From Stylophora pistillata (Eukaryota), in contig NW_019218256.1 of assembly GCF_002571385.2 (NCBI RefSeq), positions 12,420 through 75,167 on the forward strand: a DNA stretch of 62,748 nt, read 5' to 3'. Numbering within the stretch: the stretch's first letter is position 1; each line of letters starts with the position of its first letter. Shown one piece after another: positions 55,701 to 62,748 of the stretch. Position numbers and translations under genes: made by a program. A model generated the notes under the pieces. That model was given only the letters and a program-made list of their open reading frames with translations, made no database searches and was not told the DNA's origin.

Positions 55701-57230
55701 GTCCTCCATGGAGTCATATTACGGGATGGCAGGTCAAATTGAACTAAGGAGGGGTGGTCAGTATAAGAATGAGACGAGGTGTGTTTTCTTATCGTAACGG
55801 TGGCCAATTTACCATTTCAACTTTGTTGATATATTCAAGTTGTGTCAAAAATACCTGACCAACGCTTTCCCCCTGATATGAAACGAACTGACTCACCCTG
55901 AGCTGGTTCAGATCGGAAATTGGATGATCCTCTCTCTACTTAAAATTGAGCTTGCTCTTGAGACAATTTCAAAACCTATCACTTTCATCGAGTTAACCGC
56001 CCATGCAGTTTATCCAACCATCGCAGATTTGATCAGAGCTGAAATTTTAACGGTAATGATAAAAACGTTGTACTACACGCAGTGTTTGCCATCCTGTAAA
56101 CTGTCATGATGGACGGATAACTTCATGAACTTCATTGATCATAAAGAAATTTTATACGCAATCTTGAAACGCCAGTGATTAAATTTCTATTAAAAATGTC
56201 ACAGGGATGCAAGTACTGCCATGACAAATTTCAGAGAGATTACGGTCCATGGACGGCGTTCCGCTCACTGGATTACGGGTACACCAGGGTACAGGTGTTT
56301 AACAGCAGTCACATGTCGCTTGAACAAGTCAGCATTGATAAGGTCAGCGGCAACTGCTATAAAATGCTATGGACATCGAAACGCCACTTTAGAGTGTGTG
56401 CTCGATCATTTCAATTAGATAACTTTCCTGGAAAGCAGTTCTCATTGAAGATGCAAAGTACATTTAACGAATCACCCAGGATTTCTCATAAGCGATTCTT
56501 CTCTTTGCGTTCATTCTGGAAGTTTGATTTACGAGTTACTTCCAATAAAAAAAAAGCATGTGCGTCGGAGGTAAGGCCTGGCCGCTGGCTAGAACCTTAC
56601 CCTCTGTTCTTGTTTCCGCGCCTTTTTTCGTTCCAATATTATTTCAATCTAATTTTCTTATAAATCGCTATTAGCCATTTATTATTTGCATTTAACAATG
56701 GTGCCATGTTGTCACCAGTACGTAATGTATGCTTCATTTTTTCCTGTTAAATCGTAGAATGAAATCTCGGAGCTCAATAGTCCTTTTTACAGTTGTGGGC
56801 TTGGTGGCCAAGCCTTTGAACATGAGTGAGGCTTAGGGTGACCTTGTTATGATAGAGATGTTGCTGCTTTTCAAATGCAAATTACTTTGTTATCATGCTA
56901 ACTAGATACAGGTCTCTATCACAACAGGGTCACCCTTAGCTTCACTCCTGTTCATAGGCTTGGCCACCTAGCCCACAACTGTGAAAGGGACTATTGTTTA
57001 CCTGGAAATATAATAAGAACTAGCATTTCTACTAATTACAACTCATTAGTTTGTTTCGCACAACTTAACTTCATCTCTGACCACAGGATTACCAAGTAAT
57101 AGACAGAATATGGATCATCAAAGACAAACACGGTCCAGAGGCCTGGAAAGGAGAAGAAGATAACACCGAGACCAGCGCGGAGACTAAGGATGAGAAAGTG
57201 TCGGAGACTCATGTAACATCCGTGGAGTGA
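48587..57230 (+). CDS. ACP7: Purple acid phosphatase, acid phosphatase type 7 (secreted metallophosphoesterase); several exons missing in gaps
   Basis: Visible exons 48587-48704 (signal peptide, QPEQIHIS), 50133-50336 (MMITWVT..YMHRVKL), 52223-52285, 52452-52566 (WNIGPVHIISFSTELYY), 53954-54014, 54572-54639 (GVDVEFWAHEHSYER), 55553-55624 (PVHITTGSA), 56205-56342 (DYGYTR), 57087-57230. Exons for GDxG, GDxAY, GNHE and HRPMY are not seen and presumably lie in N-gaps. Confidence 0.92.
49395..49612. mobile_element. Decayed palindromic Penelope-type pLTR repeat (second family)
   Basis: Inverted ends gggtgagtgtagtc / gactacactcagcc; degenerate ctg.gatga...gaaacatcagtc core on the minus strand. Confidence 0.5.
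50486..50715. mobile_element. Palindromic Penelope pLTR/hammerhead repeat; further copies at 52863-53016, 55791-55845, 62333-62463
   Basis: Same family sequence (ggccaccgta..aagctgacgtttcgagcgttag) arranged as an imperfect inverted pair. Confidence 0.75.
51640..51805. mobile_element. Fold-back MITE with ~60-bp arms
   Basis: Arms ccaatttgaattaccattgtt..ctagcctc / gaggctag..aacaatggtaattcaaattgg. Confidence 0.7.
52893..52926 (-). ncRNA. Minimal type I hammerhead ribozyme motif (Penelope-associated), intact core
   Basis: Minus strand reads GCU-CUGACGA-A-GGGC(UAAC)GCUC-GAAA-CG-UC-AGC: helix I GCU/AGC, 4-bp helix II, palindromic ACGU helix III, GUC cleavage site. Confidence 0.75.
53296..53696. 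mobile_element. MITE with 10-nt subterminal tandem repeats, nested in a common dispersed repeat
   Basis: TIRs aggcctattctggggcc / ggtcccagagtagacct; more than a dozen aggcgactta-like units. Confidence 0.75.
54930..55085 (+). repeat. Degenerate (CCATT/CCCATT)n satellite
   Basis: Repeated ttccat/cccatt units. Confidence 0.7.
55138..55438. mobile_element. hAT5-like MITE with 5-bp TSD
   Basis: TIRs cagtggcggatcca / tggatccgtccctg; exact TSD caagt at 55133-55137 and 55439-55443. Confidence 0.8.
56776..56995. mobile_element. MITE with ~85-bp TIRs
   Basis: aatagtcc..acagttgtgggc..ggccaagcct..gggtgacc is mirrored by gggtcaccc..aggcttggcc..gcccacaactgt..ggactatt. Confidence 0.8.
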
Positions 57231-58797
57231 CTCAATTTTCGGGAATCTTATCCGGGAATCTTATCCTTATACTTTTAACGTCGCTTTTTTTGGGAAGGTT
57301 TATGTTAGGACTTTGAAATGATAGAGAAAGTCTGCTTTGCCAGTTACCAAATCAGAACAATAGAGTATTTGCATATTGCAAAACCATAAATTTTGTGCTT
57401 TACTGATAGTTTGATGCCCAAGTCTACGAGGATAGATAAACTGGATTTTTTTTTTTTTTCATCATTTGCTGCGTCGGTGAACACATTGACTGAGAGAACG
57501 CATCGCGATACGATCAAAATCAAAGAATTTTCTCTTGTAGGGAAAATTCAGGTCGCTATCTCGTAACTAAACATATTTTTCTAGTGATCTTTTGGCATTT
57601 AGCTTTTTCAGCACGTTAAGGCTTGTTGTGGTCAACAGTTGAAGTTACGACTTTCAACATATCAATGTCTTAATGTCCTCTGCTTGCTGTCTGTACTTTG
57701 CACGTGAATTTTTTAAGCATAATTTGAAAACACCTTTGAGCTTAGGCGAACCATTAATGTAAACCAACAATCGTGTCGCTGTTTTTGTCGAATTTTCGTA
57801 AAGTTTTTCAATGGGTCAGCAAGGTTACTGGGTCGCTGATTTGTAAGAGTAAAAGATTGATTGGTACGACTAACCACTTCAGCTACGGTTGCCCTACAGT
57901 TCCAAAAATTAATGATTCAAAATCAAACATCCTTTAGAAGGTGAACAACTCAAACGACAGTTTCCATAACCTTATCCCAGTTTTGCTGCTCAACACTGCG
58001 ACCAAAATACCCAAAGTACTCTTCGTCTCCTTCCCTACTCAACAAAATAGCAAAGTCAAACGGATTTCAAATATGAATAGTAATGCCCTGATTCGTTTTC
58101 CTTAGTTGAGAGCATTAACGATAACTTAGAACAAAAGAAAAGAACAATTGTAAGAATGAGCTTCAGTGCCTAAAAATAAAGTTACAACTTTTCACGGATT
58201 TTATTACTTGTCTATGAAATATACGGCCCCAGAGGTAGCCCGCGAGCTCGCCCTCCTTATTAGCACTTCGTCACAAGCGTCGTGAAGAAATTTTGCGCAC
58301 GCAATTTCCAAATATACGTCTACTTTACATGCCTCATTAAAAACTAAAGCTAAATTTTGGTCATTTTATTCTTATATAAACATTGCATAATTTAACTATT
58401 TTCCCGTAACTCAAATACTGGAAGCATTTGACAACTGTATACTCCCCACTACCTCAAGGCCCCAGTTTCTTTTTACCAAGGTACAAGTTCCTTGAAATAA
58501 TAAAACAAACATTCTCGATGAAAGTAAGTGGAAAAAAACCTTAGTTAAAAATGAGAAGAATTTCATATTCGAATAGCCATACGGCTTGAAAACATTTTCC
58601 TCACGTTATTGGGAGAAAATCATTGCGATCCTGTCGCGTCGTCGAGGGAAACGAAATCAATCCGTTCGCATATCCTCGTCCAAACATTTCTCAAGCGCAC
58701 TTTCTCGCACTGTGATCGCGGGCTCCAAGCTCACATGTTATGATTGGTGAGTGTATGATTAGCATTGACCGTTTTTCCAAAACTCTCTCGTCGTTCC

Positions 58798-59539
58798 TCA
58801 CACCTCCATGACTCTTCTGTGCGGCATTTTCTTTCTCTCTTTACTCGTGTTTTTCTTTCCTCGCTTCTTGAGATACTGCTCCAGCTTCCCAGACGATTTT
58901 AGTTTTTTGAATTTCTCCGCCAGCTCCAACTTCTTCTTATCAGCTATTCAGTAAGTGAAGAAATAAAAGGTGTAGCATTGGCGATGTTTAGTATAGCACA
59001 TTGTAAACAAGGCAGATGATACATTCGCAAAATATCCAAGATAAGAGTTTCTGAATTCACATTTCACCTTGAACAAGAGTTACACTAATCATTGAAGTTT
59101 ACGCGAGTTCTTAACATTAGAACCGTATAAAATGTATCAGCTTGAAAGAGCGAAATCGCCACTTAGCCGGGAAAAAAGGGACGGGTCAGGAGTGCATTGC
59201 CTTTTGTAGCAGTTTCAATGTTATTTACGCGCAAAATGATTGGTATGGGGCACTTTCAAAATGTAGCTTGACGCCCTCCAGCCATTCAGTTGTGGTGTCA
59301 TATCTTGTTAATTAAAAAGGAATTCTCAGCAAACCACGTCTGAGCGATTGGAAACAGCTTCTACAACCTGGTAAATAGCATTCTGGTTAATGCACCACCA
59401 GGCGCAAAGGGCTATCATGGTGATTATTATAGTGTACTGCTCCAATATAAGTTTGGATCTTCGAGAATCGAGGATCGAGTTTCCAGGAAATCTTTAGCCA
59501 ATCAAAAGCGTATTCAGTTAGAATAGCCCATATCCGAAA

Positions 59540-59572
<33 letters not shown>

Positions 59573-62081
59573 CGTGCATCCTTATATGTGATAAGTCTTC
59601 CTTCACATGCAAATTTATCTCATTTTCGAAAAAACGGTTGAGCATCAGGCTTCGTTTTGAAAAAGAGGTCAAAGGTAATTTGGAAATTGCCTATTCTGAG
59701 TGAACTCACATTTCTTCAAGTAATAAGGTGTTTTTCCTTGCTTCACTAATTCCAGTTCTGCCTTTTTTCTCTTTCTCTCTACGTCCCTCTTTTGAGCTGC
59801 AGCTTTTTTTGTGGCTTCTTGTTGATCCTGTAAAAAGACAAAACTTGATGTGAAATAATGTGTACTCAAATCAGTGGAATTATTAACAGTATAAGACACC
59901 TCAAGAAATCACGCCGAAGAGGTCGAGAAATGACATTGAGAAAGGAATACATAGGTTATCGTTTTTTTTTTCTTTTTAGAATCTCACAATTCATAAGATT
60001 TGTTTGTTTGATGTATGATCAATATCACATCCATTGTCCACTAGCTGTGAAAAGATAAGGCTCCTTGCTGTTCTCCTCATGGACCCTTTAACCCCTAAGA
60101 GTGATCAGCATCTAATTTCTCCTTACAATATCACCCTGAATCACACAGTGAAGTCATGAGAAGAAAGGAAATGATCACCAACTAAAAAACCTCTCGATTG
60201 TCAAACAACAAATTCTCCTTTCAGCACCTTGGGAAATGTATAGAGAACAGAATAAAGAATATGCATATTGATGTGTAAAGGGTTAAACATTTGCTTTAAG
60301 AAGCTCTCATTGTTATGGCCATTTCTGTTATGACCTTATTTTCTGTACAAAGAGACCAAAGAGGGAGGGGAAGAGGTTGGTAAATTGTAGTATAAAATAT
60401 TTACCATTCTCTTCAGTAATGACTCCAACTGTAGTTTTCTCTCTGGCTGCTTGGTTTTCTGCACTTCTTTCTGTAATTTCTGCAAGAAAGTCAAAAGAAC
60501 AGATCACTACTGTCAGACAAAAAGTTTGATCAGAACTGCCTGGTTATGCATACTAGCAATTTTTAGTCATTGAGCAATAATATTATGAAGGAAATGAAGG
60601 CAGTGATGTCAGTGATGTTGATGGTGGCTTCAAATAGTGATAATGATGAGGACGTTTAGCCCACTTACATGTTATCAAATCAAACTAAAAGTAAAATATT
60701 TCATTAAAATCAGATATCAATGTACTCACTTTTTTCTCATTTGCCTTTACATCATCTAGGAAAGAATATGCTTTATCAAACATTTCTTGGTTGAAAGTGC
60801 CTGACAATTCATCAAATCTGGGATCTCTTGCCATCTAAAACAATGCAACAATCAGTAGACCACTCTTCATTATATTCTCGGATACTACACCCTGAATCAA
60901 AATGTCTGGGTTCAAGCCAGTTGTTGCTGCAAACTGTGACTTACCAAGTAAAATCAAAACATTTAATCCAAAATCCTTCAAGAGAGGCTTTGAGAAAATT
61001 TACACTAAATGTTATGGTGTTTAACACAACATTAAGACCAAACATTAAGAAATACTGAACAATATAGAGAGGTTCTAACTTAGTGGCCTTGTGGCACCAT
61101 TCGAAGATGCCGCCACCACGCATGCAAAAAACTTAGATATCCTGTATGGGAACTGGCAGGTGACAGCCGTGCATTGACAGGCCAGAACACCAGTAACTAA
61201 ATATTTTCATGGTACTCATGGTACCTGCTCATACTCTTGTAATGCATCTATTCAGAGAGCATAATAACTTTTAGTTAACAGCAAACAGTCAAGGAAACAG
61301 GACAAAAATTTAAGGATAACCAACAGTGATTCAGCACTTTGTAGTTAATTCTTGCAGCAAAATACAGGATATGCTCTTACATCTATGTAAGTAACTCTCA
61401 TTTTCAGACTTTTTAACACTTTTCATAGTCTTTTATGCACTATAAATTTAATTTCATTCATATTTCTTAATAAAGTACTTGTTTGTTTGCAACATAACAG
61501 TCTGCAGACAACAGATGTTTTGTTAAATTCTCTGTAATTGTGACTAGACAATATTCTTTTGGATGAAAAGTTGTATTGTTGTATTTTTTTTGCCTTATTA
61601 TAATAATTTAAGTGGGAAAGGCTGACCTACATAAGAGCAAAAAAACTCACTTTTTTTTTAACTGGAATAACTTGTCTTAGTCGGGGAACTGGTTTCTTTG
61701 ATGACAATTCTCTTGGCCTGTTAAAATCATAGCATTCAATTATCAAAACAGCCTGTTATCTAATAATTCACTTTTTTAATTGCATTTATTAAGAGAATAT
61801 TATAAAGTGGCAAGGGGGGGCAGATAAAAGATTTGAACTCTTAACCGTTCAGGGTTGTCACAAGTACTTCAATCTATGCTTTTATTCCAGAAACCTTTCT
61901 CGAAACAGCTTAACACATACTAGTAGCTGTAGATGGTTTGTCAGGCTGGCATGTTTCTCATAGCTCGATAGAGCTCACAGTCAAGGTCTTCCTCTCTCAC
62001 CTGTTTTTGTTTTCTCTTTTAAGTGACTTTGTTACATTGGTTCCTTTCTTGTCAAAGAGACCATGAATTGCTTCATTGTAC
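58798..62081 (-). CDS. RRP36: Ribosomal RNA processing protein 36 (5'-partial; start lies beyond the window)
   Basis: Exons 62081-62001, 61717-61651, 60834-60730, 60479-60405, 59827-59710, 58943-58798. Motifs NKNRPRELSSKKPV, RDPRFDELSG..FDKAYSFL, GKTPYYLKKSDKKKLELAEKF. Confidence 0.94.
60084..60286. mobile_element. Abundant ~190-bp piggyBac-like MITE family (representative copy)
   Basis: cccttt...aaagggttaa ends. Related copies at ~26335-26530, 31150-31355, 36505-36713, 41623-41831, 42517-42731, 44590-44790, 46560-46760 and 53161-53780. Confidence 0.7.
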
Positions 62082-62748
62082 CTTAAATGAAATTGTCACA
62101 ATCAGCTTCATTGTACCTTAAAAGAAATTGTCACAATCAGCTTCCACAATCATTTGAAATATGAGGCAGCCCTATAATTTGAAAGCTAAGCAACAAACAA
62201 CATTGCACGTGTAAGACGCCCACCCTAAATTGAGCTCCCACCAAGATGGTCATCTTCAATTCTTTGATATCAAATGTAAGTCCATGTAACAATCTAACTG
62301 ACATACATGTTGCTGCAATGTCACAATTTTTGTATAAAGGCTGATAGTTTCTAAAGAAACTGTTTGGGGCTCCTACCAAGGGCTAACACTCGAAACGTCA
62401 GCTTTTGTAATCTTTACGGTGGCCATTTAACCACTTTAACTTTGTTGATATATCCAAATTATCACATTTTTTGTGTTTCATGAGCACTGAGTATTACTAA
62501 CTACTTTAAGCTGGGATGCCTACCCATCACATATTACCTTTCAGCATCTCATTTTTTTTTTAACAACTTTATTGACCATTACACATATTACATACAGCAA
62601 ATTAGACAACCTAAAACCTAAAAGAAATGGGATATATGTACAAAGTGATTTAAAGTGATAAGGAGGAAAGGTCAAAAGGGCTGGTGCGAACGAGACACGA
62701 GGACCCATGCGAGGCACCGCCCATGGTACAGGTAATGATTTAAAACAC

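Overview
This is eukaryotic, intron-rich, AT-rich animal DNA. The repeat families and receptor type point to an anthozoan cnidarian, probably a stony coral (inference). It is a draft assembly with five N-gaps. Manual GT-AG/phase reconstruction supports, in order: a single-exon rhodopsin-type GPCR (+), a small orphan ORF with a PKI-like motif (-), CRIPT (-), MRPL49 (-) head-to-head with FAU (+), RAB15 (-) head-to-head with an SLX4IP-like gene that ends in a PWWP3A/MUM1-like domain (+), UBXN1 (+), ACP7 purple acid phosphatase (+, some exons lost in gaps) and the 3' part of RRP36 (-). Introns and spacers are full of MITEs, SINEs, LINE/Penelope fragments and Penelope-type hammerhead ribozyme motifs. 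The most notable signal is an in-frame TGA inside the last exon of an otherwise intact MRPL49, followed by 26 conserved codons. This could be recoding, a nonsense allele or an assembly error, and I found no convincing SECIS by eye. Other notable signals are the FAU-MRPL49 bidirectional pair shared with human, the SLX4IP/PWWP3-C-like domain fusion and the PKI-like orphan. All homology statements are from recalled protein sequences, not database searches.
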